Shown here one piece after another: positions 1 to 10,391 of a stretch of 64,000 bases of DNA. The notes beneath the pieces are model-generated. The model worked only from the letters and a program-made list of their open reading frames with translations, made no database searches and was not told the DNA's origin. A program made the position numbers and the translations under genes. The stretch is from an uncultured Candidatus Rokubacteria bacterium (lineage in GTDB: Bacteria > Methylomirabilota > Methylomirabilia > Rokubacteriales > DASRDR01), in the NCBI GenBank assembly GCA_963805625.1, contig CAWDVE010000019.1, positions 192,001-256,000 of the forward strand, written 5' to 3'. How positions within the stretch are numbered: the first letter of the stretch is position 1; each line of letters starts with the position of its first letter.

Positions 1-72
1 CAGGTCCGCCCCGCGGATCGTCGCCCCGCAGTGCGGCGTCGTCCTGCTGACCTCGATCGGCGTGCCACTCAT
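1..72 (-). CDS. TauD/TfdA-family dioxygenase, N-terminus only (runs off the window edge)
   Basis: Manual translation gives MSGTPIEVSRTTPHCGATIRGADL, resembling the TauD N-terminal I.V.PLTP.IGAEI.GVDL pattern; purine-rich RBS upstream. Confidence 0.55.
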   Translation of the reverse strand, partial: MSGTPIEVSRTTPHCGATIRGADL

Positions 73-129
73 GCTCACGCTCCCCCCTTCGCCAGTGGGC
101 CAACGGGATAGCAGGGGTGCCGGACCCGC

Positions 130-648
130 CTAGAAGGGTAACCCCTTCAGCCCCTGCACGCCCTTGAGCGCGGCGATCTCCCCGTTGTGCTCGGCGACGT
201 GCCAGACGACGATGTTGCCCAGGACGAATGCGACGGTCTGCTCGCCGACGAAGCCCGTGTCGACCTTCCGCTCGAGGTCGGCCGGCCCGAGGCTCGACAC
301 GTAGGCGTCGGTGGCGGCGTAGACCGCCTTGGCGTACTCCCGGAAGGACGGGAGGTGCATCCTGACCGTCCGGCCCCACGCGGGATCGAACATGGGGCTC
401 GCCGGCATGGCGACGTTCAGCCGCGAGGCCCAGCCGTGGGACTGGTACACGAGCGGCTTCTTCTGGAGCATGCCCTGGATGATTCCGTCCTCGCTGAACA
501 TGATGTGCGCGTAGATGGAGCCGACGTTCGTGATGGTGGCGTTGGGGAGGTTTCGGTCCAGCGTGTCCTGCGCGCAGTCCGCGACGGTCTGCTCGAGGAT
601 GTCGTGATAACCGGCGAGTTGCTGCCTGAGGAGACTCTGAGGGGTCAT
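130..648 (-). CDS. DinB/YfiT-like superfamily protein
   Basis: 172 aa with His motifs YAHIMFSED and WHVAEHNGEI, typical of DinB four-helix metal-binding proteins; RBS AAGGAA. Confidence 0.8.
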   Translation of the reverse strand: MTPQSLLRQQLAGYHDILEQTVADCAQDTLDRNLPNATITNVGSIYAHIMFSEDGIIQGMLQKKPLVYQSHGWASRLNVAMPASPMFDPAWGRTVRMHLPSFREYAKAVYAATDAYVSSLGPADLERKVDTGFVGEQTVAFVLGNIVVWHVAEHNGEIAALKGVQGLKGLPF

Positions 649-749
649 CGACGTTCCTTTCTCGATGTTGATCAGATGATCGCGCTCTCAGTACACACGA
701 GGCGGGAGGAACCGTCAATCGTCTCGTGTCACTCCTACCGGAGACGGGT

Positions 750-910
750 GCTCCCTTCGCGGCGGGGCGCTTGCGAGCGGCGGCCGCGAAGCGGTACAAG
801 AGGGTGGAGAGCGTGACGGCCGTGATCTGGAAGACGATGGGCAACGTGGAGCGGACGTGCCGATGGCTCGACGTGCCCGAGCGGCTGGCACGGCGGCGGA
901 GGGCGTGACG
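750..910 (+). mobile_element. Degenerate IS256-like transposase C-terminal remnant
   Basis: PFAAGRLRAAAAKRYKRVESVTAVIWKT...RTCRWLDVPERLA...AEGV resembles the recalled IS256 tail ESPFAAVRLRT.AAKRFK+VENATAVIWK.L...E..FRRLDAPELL..VAEG. No catalytic core or terminal repeats seen. Confidence 0.55.
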
Positions 911-916
911 GGCATC

Positions 917-3900
917 ATGCGCTGTAGCGGGTGCGGCTTCGAGGCACCCGCCGACTTCGCGTTCTGCCCCAAGTGTGGAACGCGGCTCGCCGCCGCTCCC
1001 GCGCCGCCGTCTCGGCCCGCCCCGCCGCCCGAGTCCGAGGGCGACCGCCGTCCGGTCACCGTGCTTTTCGCAGACCTGGCCGGGTTCACCACGCTCAGCG
1101 AAGAACTCGACCCCGAGGACGTGCGCGCCATCCAGAGCGATCTCTTCCGCGAGATGTCCGGGGCGATCGAGCGCTACGAGGGCTTCGTCGAGAAGTTCGT
1201 GGGTGACGCGGTCATGGCGATCTTCGGCGCCCCGCGTGCGCACGAGGACGATCCCGAGCGCGGGCTGCGCGCCGCCCTCATGATGCGCGAGCGGATGGGC
1301 GCGCTCAGTCTCCGCTGGGAGGGACGGGTGGGGCGGCCGCTCGCGCTGCACATCGGGGTCAACACCGGCCCGGTCGTGACGGGCCGGATCGGCGCGGCCG
1401 CCGACGCCGCCTACGCGGTGACCGGTGACACCGTCAACACCGCCTCTCGCCTGCAGAGCGCTGCGCCGCCGGGTGAAATCCTGGTCAGCGACGCGACCTA
1501 TCAGCTCACTCATCACGCGTTCGCGTTCGCCTCGCGCCAGGAGGTCCCGCTCAAGGGCAAGAGCGAGCCAGTGGGGGTCCATCGCCTGCTGGGCCCGCTG
1601 ACGGTCCCGCGCTCGGCCCGCGGCCTCGAGGGCCTCGGGCTGGCCGCGCCCCTGGTGGGGCGCGAGCGCGAGCTTCGCCGGATGGAAACGGTCTTCGACG
1701 ACATGCGAGCGGGGCGCGGCCAGGTGCTGAGCCTCATCGGCGAGCCCGGAGCGGGGAAGTCGCGGCTGCAGCGGGAGATTCTCGCGCGCCTCGATGCGAC
1801 CGGGCGCCTCGAGGGTGTCACGATCCGGCGCGCGGTGTGCTCGGCGCTGGGCGAGCAGACCTACGGGGCGGTTGCCGCGCTCCTGCGCGACGCCTACGGG
1901 GTGGAGCAGGGCGATTCCGTCGAGGTTGCGCGGAGCAAGCTCGTCGCGGGCCTGGTGACGCTCGGGGTCGACGTGGCGGATCGCTCGGCGATCGTGGCCG
2001 CGCTCGCCCGGGTGTTCGGGCTCGAGCGCGATGAGGCGCGCATGCGCCACCTGGAGCCCGAGCAGGTCAAGCGCCAGATCTTCATGGCCACCCGCGCCCT
2101 GTTGGAGCGGCGGCTCGCCGCCGGCCCGCTGGTGCTGGTGGTCGAGGATCTGCACTGGGCCGACGCCGCCTCCATCGAGCTCCTAGGCGCGGTTGCGGAC
2201 CAGCTTGCCGACCGCCCGCTCCTGCTCCTCCTGATGTATCGGCCGACGCTCGATCCGGACACGCTGGGGACGGGCCGAGCCCCGCACACCGCGATCGAGG
2301 TCACGCCGCTGTCGCGGTCCGGTAGCGAGGACCTCCTGGCCGCGTGGTTCGGTGACTCGACCCATCTCTTTCCGGAGCACCTGCGGGCCCAGATCCTGGA
2401 GCGGACCGGCGGCAACCCCCTGTACCTCGAGGAGGTGGTGCGCGCCCTGATCGCGGCGGGGGTGCTGGTCCGCGCTGGCGCGGTGTGGCGCTGCACTGCC
2501 GGAGGCCTCGACTGCGCAGGTGCCCTCCACCCTCCACGGGCTGCTGCTCGCGCGTCTGGACCGGCTCGACGCCGCCGAGCGACGGGTCATCCAGGAAGCG
2601 GCGGTGATCGGGCCCCGCTTCGAGGTTGCCGCTGCTGAAGGCGGTCTCGGCCGAGCCCGGTGCGGTGGACGCGGCGCTCGACGTGCTCGCCGGAGCCGAT
2701 CTGGTGACGCCGGGGCCGGATCACCGGTTCCGCCACGGGCTCCTCCAGGAGATCGTGTACCAGAACATCCTCGTGGCCCGTCGCACCGAGTTGCACACGC
2801 GCGTGGGCACGGCCCTCGAGGCCCAGGGCGGGGCAGCGACGAGAGTCTCGATCGGCTGGTGGCCCTCGGCCACCACTTCGCCCTCAGCGCCGACAAGCGC
2901 CGGGGCGCGGTTACCTGATCGCGGCCGGCGACTGGGCGCGCGGCCTGTACGCCAACGCGGACGCGATCCAGCACTACCAGCGGGCTCTCGATGCCCTCGA
3001 GCGCTGCGATGCGGTCGAGACGGAGCGGCTGGCGGCTCGGGAGCGCATGGCCGACCTGCTCGGCCCGACCGGGCGACGGGCGGCGGCGCTGGGTGAGTAC
3101 GAGATCGTGGAGGCCGGGTACCGCGCGGCGCGGGATGCGCCGGCCCAGGCGCGGATCCTTCGCAAGATGGGGGGTCTCCACTGGGACGCCGGCGCACGGG
3201 CACGGGCGCTCCAGTGCTTCGAGGCGGGACTCGCTCTGCTCGGCGACCATCGAGAGCACATCGAGCAGGCGCACCTCTACCAGGAGATGGGCCGGCTGGC
3301 CTTCCGAAGCGGCGACAGCCAGCGGGCCGTCGAATGGGCGGAGCAGGCGCGGCTCCACGCCGAGCGGATCGCCGCCGCCCCCGTGCTCGACGCGGACGGG
3401 CGCGGGGAAGCGGTGACCGCCGTGGCGCAGAGCCACAACACACTCGGCGTCGCCTGGGCCCGCCTGGGCCGGCTCGAGGAGGCGGTCGCGCACATCGAGC
3501 GCAGCGTGGCCCTCGCCCAGGAGAATGGGCTGCTGCAGGCCGCCTGTCGCGGGCTCGCCAACCTGAGCGTGCTCTACAGCACGCTCGATCCGGGTCGGGC
3601 GATCGAGACCTGTGCGGCCGGCCTCGAGACGGCCAAGAAGATCGGCGACCTCGGCTTCCAGTCGCGCCTGTACGCGAACCTCGCGGTGGCCTACTGCGCA
3701 CTCACCAACCGCTGCGACGAGCAGGGTATCGGTGCGGCACACGCCGCGATCGATCTCGATCGGCGCCTCGGGCAGCTCGATCACCTGGCGGTGCCGCTCA
3801 TCGTGCTCGGGCAGATCTACCAGTGTCACGGCGATCCGGCCCGGGCGATCGCGCACTACCAGGAGGCGCTCGCGCTCGCGGAGGCGGCCGGCGAGCCGCA

Positions 3901-4054
3901 GCTCCTGTTTCCCTGCTACGATGGGCTCGCGACCGTCCACCTGGACCTGGGCGACGAAGGTCGGGCGGAAGAGTTCATGCAGAAGGCCCAGGCGGTCTGC
4001 GAGCGGGCCGGGCTCGAGCCCGACGCGCTCGTGGTGCTGCCGTTCTTGGATTGA
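917..4054 (+). CDS. Class III adenylate/guanylate cyclase with double zinc ribbon, AAA/STAND-like ATPase and TPR tail; about 4 single-base frameshifts (~2500, ~2625, ~2830-2910)
   Basis: CSGC..CPKC ribbon; cyclase motifs FADLAGFT, EKFVGDAVM, GDTVNTASRLQ; Walker A GEPGAGKS; Walker B LVVEDLHW; GGNPLYLEE. Continues through ORFs 2520-2918, 2626-3096 and 3047-4054 (TPR). Confidence 0.9.
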
Positions 4055-4078
4055 CTCGAGAAAAGGGAGACACTCGTC

Positions 4079-4738
4079 ATGGCGTTCCTGCGCCCGGGTG
4101 ATCCGGCTCCCCACTTCGCGCTGCCCGCCGTCAATCGAGAGGGCCAGGTCTCGCTCGACGACTATCGCGGTCGCAGTCCGATCCTGCTGGGCCTGTTCCG
4201 CGGCCTGCACTGACCCTTCTGCCGGCGCCAGCTCGTGCAGCTGGGCACCACGCAGGAGAAGCTCAAGGCGGTGGGTGTGGAGACGGTGGCGGTGGTCAAC
4301 ACCCCGCTGGAGCGCGCGCGGCTCTACTTCAAGTACCGCCCCGCGCGCGTGCTGCTGCGGCGGACCCGGAGGCGGCGACGCACCGGGCGTTTGGGGTGCC
4401 CGCCGGCGTGATCGTCGAGGACGAATCGGCGACCTCGTGGCCCCAGAGCGCTACGATGGGCCAGCTGCTGGCGGCGGAGATCAATCCCACCGGGGAGCTG
4501 CCGGCGCCTCAGAACCCCTTCGCGGCGATGGAGACCCTGAACAAGCAAGACGGGTTCGAGCCGACCGAGACCGACCACCAGATCGCGGCCGCGCACGGCA
4601 CCCAGCTGGCCGGGCACTTCCTCATCGACCGCGAGGGGATCATCGAGGTGGGGGCAGATCGAGGCCGGCGAGCGGATCGGCGACCTCGGCAAGTTCCCGA
4701 GCGACGAGGAGATCCTGCGCGCGGCCCGCGGTCTGTAG
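4079..4738 (+). CDS. AhpC/TSA (peroxiredoxin-like) redoxin with in-frame TGA at the catalytic site, probable selenoprotein; 2 small frameshifts (~4357, ~4645)
   Basis: RBS AGGGAGA; MAFLRPGDPAPHFALPAVNREGQVSLDDYRGRSPILLGLFRGLH*PFCRRQL...; TGA 4211-4213 is codon 45, giving a UxxC motif; later GHFLIDREGII motif; ends at TAG 4736-4738. Confidence 0.85.
4216..4258 (+). promoter_or_regulatory. Putative bacterial SECIS hairpin
   Basis: CCAGCT (4228-4233), loop CGTGC, AGCTGG (4239-4244); lower stem CTTCTGC/GCAGGAG. The loop starts 20 nt after UGA with G at loop position 2 followed by U. Confidence 0.65.
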
Positions 4739-4814
4739 GCCCGGTCGGACAGCTGGTCGAGGCGCCCGGTGTCCCGGACGAGGCCGACGTCGTCGGACAC
4801 GGCCGGTCCTGGCC

Positions 4815-5228
4815 CTACTTCTTGTCGAGCCCCATGTCGCGAAAGCGGTCGACCGCCTCGCTGGGAGCGAAGTCGTCGAGCTCGAACAGCTGGCGCACCT
4901 CGATCTCGGCGTCCTTGCCCTCGCCGGCGAGGTTGGGAAAGCGCTTGGTCCACTCGATCGCCTCTTCCCGCGACTTCGCCTTGATCAGGGTGTAGCCGGC
5001 GAGGAGCTCCTTCGTCTCCGCGAAGGGCCCGTCGGTGAGGGTGCGCCTCCCGCCGGAGTACTTGATGCGCCAGCCCTTCGACGTGGGCTGTAGGCCGGAG
5101 GCGTCGAGGAGCATGCCCGCCTTCGCCAGCTCCTCGTGGTACTGCGCCATCTCGCCGATGAGCTTCTCCTCGGGCATGACACCGGCCTCCGAGTCCCTGG
5201 AGGCCTTGACCATGATCAGGAATCGCAT
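4815..5228 (-). CDS. YciI family protein
   Basis: MRFLIMVKA...GLQPTSKG..TDGPFAETKELLAGY...IEVRQ signature; RBS AGGAG. Confidence 0.9.
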   Translation of the reverse strand: MRFLIMVKASRDSEAGVMPEEKLIGEMAQYHEELAKAGMLLDASGLQPTSKGWRIKYSGGRRTLTDGPFAETKELLAGYTLIKAKSREEAIEWTKRFPNLAGEGKDAEIEVRQLFELDDFAPSEAVDRFRDMGLDKK

Positions 5229-5383
5229 CGTCCTATCTCCTCGTCGTGTCAGGTTCGGAGCCGCGTGACCGCGCGGCCGGGCGAAACGGCTCCTCGCCCC
5301 GTAGTCGTCCGGGAGCGCGCAGATCGACATTCGGCCGGCCCGCCTCACACCATGCTACTTGAGGGCAATCATAGCCGGGGCGG

Positions 5384-5855
5384 CTGCTGACGCTCGGGCT
5401 GGCCCTGTTCCTGGAGAACGCGGCCCTCGCCGCCTTCCGGGCGGACCCGCGAAGCCTCCAGCTCGGCTACCGGCTACCGCCGCTCCTACTCGGCGAGGCG
5501 GTCGTGAACGTGCCTCGCCTGATCGCGTTCGCGGCGTCCATCGCCCTCGCGGTCCTTCTCTGGCTCTTCCTCCGGTACACGGACACGGGCAAGGCCATCC
5601 GGGCCGCCGCGGAGGAGCGCGAGGGCGCCCTCCTGATGGGCATCGACGTCCGCCGGCTCGACTCGCTTGCCTTCGGGCTGGGAGCGGTGCTGGTCGCGGT
5701 GGCCGGGAGCCTCGTCACGCCCTTCCTCTACGTCGCGCCCGACGTCGGGGACGTGTTCAACATCCTGGCGTTCGTGATCGTGGTTCTGGGCGGGATGGGG
5801 AGCTTTCTCGGGGCGCTCCTGGGTGGGTTCGTGGTCGGGCTCGCGGAGTCGCTAC
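5384..5855 (+). pseudogene. Internal fragment of a branched-chain amino acid ABC permease (LivH-like)
   Basis: GKAIRAAAEEREGALLMGID and VIVVLGGMGSFLGALLGG motifs; N- and C-termini missing; no partner liv genes nearby. Confidence 0.75.
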
Positions 5856-5999
5856 CTCGGCCTCTGACCGGCCTCGCCGTCCCCCGGCGAGCATCGGTCG
5901 CGCGTGCCCGAGGGAGCCTTGTCTCGCCCGCTGGCCTTCGGCTATGGTGAGGTCGGCCATCGGCAGGTTCACGGATGTGAGCCCAAAGGGGGAGCTCGG

Positions 6000-7227
6000 A
6001 TGCGAACGGCATTGATCGGCGGTGTGCTCATCGACGGCTCAGGCGGCCCGCCCCTGCGCGACGCCACCCTCGTCATCGAGGGCAGCAAGATCGCCGACGT
6101 GGGCCACCAACGCGCGTTCGGCCCGGAGGTGCGGGTTGTGGATCTGGGCGGCCGCACGGTCATGCCGGGGCTGATCGATTGCCACATCCACTTCGCCCAC
6201 TGGGGCATGAACCTGATCGCGTACCAGGGGCAGAGCCTGATGCTCCTGGCGGCCGAGACGATCGCCGCGCTGCGGACCACCCTCGAGGCTGGCTGCACGA
6301 CCGCGCGAGACCTCGGCGGGCTCGACGCCGGGTTCCGCGAGGCGGTGGCCGGGGCCTCGTCCCGGGACCTCGCCTGCACTGCAGCCTGGTCATCGTTTCG
6401 CCGACGAACGGGATCGTCGACGCCACGACCCCGCAGGGGCTCGCGTCGCCGGTCGTCCCCGGCATGCCCCGGCCGGAATGCGACGGTCCCTACGGCGCCC
6501 GTGCGAAGGTGCGCGAGGTGCTACGGCAGGGCGCGGACGTGATCAAGATCGCGACCAGCGGCGGCGTCAGCTCCGCAAAGCTTCACCCGAAGCGCCCGAT
6601 CTTCACGGCTGAGGAGGTCGAGGCGATCGTCGACGAGGCCCACATGGCCGGCGTGCCCGTGTGCTGCCACGCGCTCGGCGGCCGGGGATCCTGACGGCGG
6701 TCAGGGCCGGTGTCGACACCATCGAGCACGGTGGCTGGCTCGACGACGAGTGCATCGAGGAGATGGTGCGGCGCGGCACCTGGTACGTGCCCACCTTCGC
6801 GGTCTACCGGTGGCACGGCACGCTCGGCCCGTCGTTCAAGCAGGAGCGGGCCCGGGCGATGCACGAGCACCACGTGCAGAGCTTCGGTCGGGCGCTGCGG
6901 GCGGGCGTGCGGATCGCCATGGGCACCGACGCGGGCGGCTACGGGTACGGCGACAACGGGCTCGAGCTTGCCCTCATGGTCGAGGGGGGCATGACCCCGG
7001 CCCAGGCCATCGAGGTCAGCACCCGGCGGTCGGCGGAGTGCATGGGAATCGCCGACGAGGTGGGCACGCTGGCCCGCGGCAAGGAAGCCGATCTCATCGT
7101 CATCGACGCGGATCCCCTCGGGGACATCGGCGTGTTGCGCGAGGCGAAGCACCGGGCGCTCGTCATGAAGGGCGGAGGGCCCGTCACGGGGCCCCTGGCG
7201 GCCGCGCTCACCCCGGCCGCGCGCTAG
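6000..7227 (+). CDS. Metal-dependent amidohydrolase (Xaa-Pro dipeptidase-like), frameshifted at ~6350 and ~6685
   Basis: MPGLIDCHIH, GADVIKIATSGG, CHALG, TIEHG, MGTDAG, GKEADL motifs spread across three frames. Confidence 0.85.
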
Positions 7228-7250
7228 GACGGCAACGCGGGGCGAAGCCG

Positions 7251-8057
7251 TCAGAACAGGCGGCTGAAGCCCACCACGCGATCGACAACCAGGACGACCG
7301 CGACCGTGAAGACGACCAGGACGGTTGACACGGCCGCCACCAGCGGGTCGCTGTTATACTCGATGTACTGAAAGATCCGGACCGGCAGGGTCATCATGCG
7401 CGGCCCGGCCAGGAACAGGGTCACGACCACCTCGTCGAACGAGGTGATGAACGCGAACACCGCCCCCGCCAGCACGCTGCCCTTGATCAGCGGCAAGGTC
7501 ACGGTCAGGAAGGCGGTCACGCGGCCGGCCCCGAGGCTGCGAGCCGCCTCCTCGATCGATCGATCGAATGCCTGTAGCCCGGACGACACGATCAGGACCA
7601 CGAACGGCAGCACGAGGACGATGTGTGCGGCCAGCAGGCTCACGAAGGAGCCGCCCAGGCCCACGCGGCTGTAGTAGATCAGCATCGCGATCCCGGCGAC
7701 GATCCCCGGCACGGTCAGCGGCGAGGTGAGGAGTCCGCGCGCTGTGCCCGCTCCCCGGAAACACCGGGCGGTCAGCGCCAGCGCCGCCAGGAGGCCGACG
7801 ACGGTGGCGATGGCGGTCGCCACCGCGCCGAGCCGCAGGCTCAGGAGAAGCGAGTTGACGAAGTCGCGGCTCGCCAGGAACTCCCGATACCAGCGGAGCG
7901 ACAGCCCGCGCGGCGGAAAGGCCAGGTACGCGTCCCGGCTGAAGGACGCGACGATCACCACCAGGATCGGCGCCAGCAGAAACAGGCAGACGATCGCGTT
8001 GACGCTCCAGAGGGCGAGCCGCCTGATGGGGAGCGGCCGCCGGGGCCGCTCCGTCAT
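7251..8057 (-). CDS. Polyamine/opine-type ABC transporter permease (PotC-like)
   Basis: EEAARSLGA EAA loop, FITSFDEVVV, TLPVRIF. Confidence 0.9.
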   Translation of the reverse strand: MTERPRRPLPIRRLALWSVNAIVCLFLLAPILVVIVASFSRDAYLAFPPRGLSLRWYREFLASRDFVNSLLLSLRLGAVATAIATVVGLLAALALTARCFRGAGTARGLLTSPLTVPGIVAGIAMLIYYSRVGLGGSFVSLLAAHIVLVLPFVVLIVSSGLQAFDRSIEEAARSLGAGRVTAFLTVTLPLIKGSVLAGAVFAFITSFDEVVVTLFLAGPRMMTLPVRIFQYIEYNSDPLVAAVSTVLVVFTVAVVLVVDRVVGFSRLF

Positions 8058-8107
8058 GCTCCGAGCCGATGTTGGGCCTGGGTGCCGCGCTCAGTCGTCG
8101 CACCGGA

Positions 8108-8988
8108 TCACCGCACCCACGTGCGGGCGGCGGCGCTCGCCGGCCCGGGAGGATCGTCAGGCCGAGGACCAGCGCGATCAGGATGAACGAGCAGGCGGCG
8201 GCGAACGGCCAGTTCAGCACCGCCGTGGCCTGGTCGTACACGATCGTGGCCATGACCTTGGTGCGGGCGCCGCCGATCAACTTCGGCGTGGCGAAGGCGC
8301 TGACGCTGAGGACGAAGACGAGCAGCGAGCCCGCGGCGACCCCGGGCAGGCTCAGCGGCAGGATAACGTCGCGGAAGACGTGCCACGAGCTGCCGCCCAG
8401 GCTCCGGACCGAGTCCTCGAGGTCGGGGTCGATCTGCTGGATGACCCCGGACAGGGTCAGGACCATGAACGGCATCAGCACCTCAGTCAGCGCGATGACC
8501 GTGCCGGTGAAGTTGAACATGAGCTGCGTCCGGGGGAGCTGGAACGCGGCGAGCAGCGTGTTGGCCACCCCGTTGTTCGCGAGCAGGATCATCCATCCGT
8601 AGCTGCGCACGACCACGCTCGTCATCAGCGGGATCAGCACGATGACGGTGAGCAGCCCCTTCCACCGCGAGCGGCTCCGCGCCAGCGTGTACGCGAGCGG
8701 GTATGACAAGATGAGGGCCAGCACGGCCACTGCGGCGCCCATGAGCAGGGTGTCGACGAGGATGGATCGATAGAAGGCGTCGGAGACGAAGCGCCAGTAG
8801 TTGTCCAGGATGAGCGCGGGCTCCTGCCGTCCGCCCGGCAGGAAGCGATAGAAGCTGTACGCGAGCATGATCGCCAGGGGAGCGAAGAAGAACGGGACCA
8901 GCAAGAGGGCGCTCGGGAGCATCAGGACCGCCCACGGCAGCCACCGGCCCCGGCGCGATGGCCGCCGCCCCGACGCGGGCGCGATCAC
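8108..8988 (-). CDS. Polyamine/opine-type ABC transporter permease (PotB-like), 3' frameshift at ~8140
   Basis: SYPLAY, SVVVRSYGW, LEDSVRSLG, FATPKLIGG, LNWPFAAA. Confidence 0.85.
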
Positions 8989-9702
8989 GCCGGTCGGATG
9001 ATCCGGCACGCGCTCGCCGGCCATCCCAGCGCCACGCGGTCGTCCGCGCGAACCCGCCGCGGCCTACCTCGGTCTCTGAACCTGGCAGTCTGAGACTTCA
9101 GGCGCTCCGCACCCCTCCCGCAGCTTGGCGTCGAGGTTCGACAACGGCTCGTCGAGCAGCAGGAGCGAGGGTCGGATGACGATGGCCCGCGCGAGCGCGA
9201 CGCGCTGTTGCTGACCACCGCTCAGCTGGCGGGGGAATCGCTTCGCCAGGCCGGGCAGCTGGACCAGTCCCAGCGCTTCCTCGACCCGCCGGCGGCGCTC
9301 GGCCACGGGGACCCGGCGCATGCGGAGGCCGTAGGCGACGTTGTCCTCGACCGTCATGTGGGGGAACAGACCGTAGCTCTGGAAGACCATGCCGATGTCC
9401 CGTTTGTTGGGCGGGAGCCGGGTGACGTCCTCGGCCCCGATCCGGATCTCGCCGGCATCCGGCTCGACGAAGCCCGCAATCATGCGGAGCGTCGTGGTCT
9501 TGCCGCATCCGCTAGGGCCCAGCAGCGTGACGAACTCCCCGGCCCGGACCTCGACGGACACCGCGTCGACCGCGACGACGTCGTCGAATGTCTTGACGAC
9601 GTCGCGCAGCGTCAGCGCGGCGACTGCCGCGTCGGCGACGACGGCCACGGGCGCGAGGCTACGTCCGTGGGCCGGCGGCGGGGTGGAGGACCCCGCCGCC
9701 AT
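8985..9702 (-). pseudogene. PotA-like ABC ATPase with internal deletion of the C-terminal region
   Basis: Walker [17 protein letters not shown] and [17 protein letters not shown], then homology stops at ~9117; a TOBE-like tail (DRVALGWPASACRIIRPA*) survives in another frame, ending at 8985. Confidence 0.75.
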
Positions 9703-9717
9703 ACCCGGGGCCGGCGC

Positions 9718-10345
9718 TCACTTCGAGGTGATCTCGCGCTGCCACCGCTCCGTCCACTCCGACGTGAACTTCGCGATCTTCTCCCAGTCGGGGGTGAACG
9801 AGTTCTCCAGCGCCTTGCCGGTCGGCATGAGCTTCTGGACGTTGTCCGGGAGCTTCACGTTCTTGTTGGTCGGACCCAGCACGGCGTTGGCGTGGAAATT
9901 GGTCTGCTGGGCGGCGTCCAGCGCGAAGTTGACGTACTTCTCGGCCAGCGCCTTGTGCTTCGTTCCCTTGACTATCCCGATGCCATTGCCGAACAGCACC
10001 GTGCCATCCTGCGGGTAGGCGAGGCCGACCGGGGCGCCCTGGAGCACCTGGGTGCCCGCGCGGTCACTGGCCCATACCCCGATCCACGCGTCGCCGGTGT
10101 TCAGCATGGGGCCACGCTGGACGTGCTTCGCGAGGAGGTCGATGATGACTGCGTCCAGAAGCGCCCGAACGTCCCGCCGTAGTTGACGACGACCAGCTCC
10201 TCGCCCTTGAAGTCCTCCTGGGCTCCGGCCGGGGATGCCCCCCGAGAACGGCGACGAGCCCGGCGAGTAGCGCGACGAGCACGGCCACCCGCGTCCTCCC
10301 CGCTGCTGCCCTGATCCCACTGCGGCGACGTTCGTCCCAGCTCAT
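9718..10345 (-). pseudogene. PotD-like substrate-binding protein with internal deletion and frameshifts
   Basis: Signal-peptide remnant, then ELVVVNYGGTFGRFW, jumping to GDAWIGVWASDR...ALAEKYVNFAL...WTERWQREI. Only about 200 codons remain. Confidence 0.7.
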
Positions 10346-10391
10346 CGAGCGCTCTCCTCTCATGGCCGGCGACGTGCCCGGCCCCAGATCC

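Noticed and set aside
2490-2920. Programmed ribosomal frameshifting in the cyclase
   Set aside because: No slippery heptamers; several scattered one-base indels fit sequencing error better.
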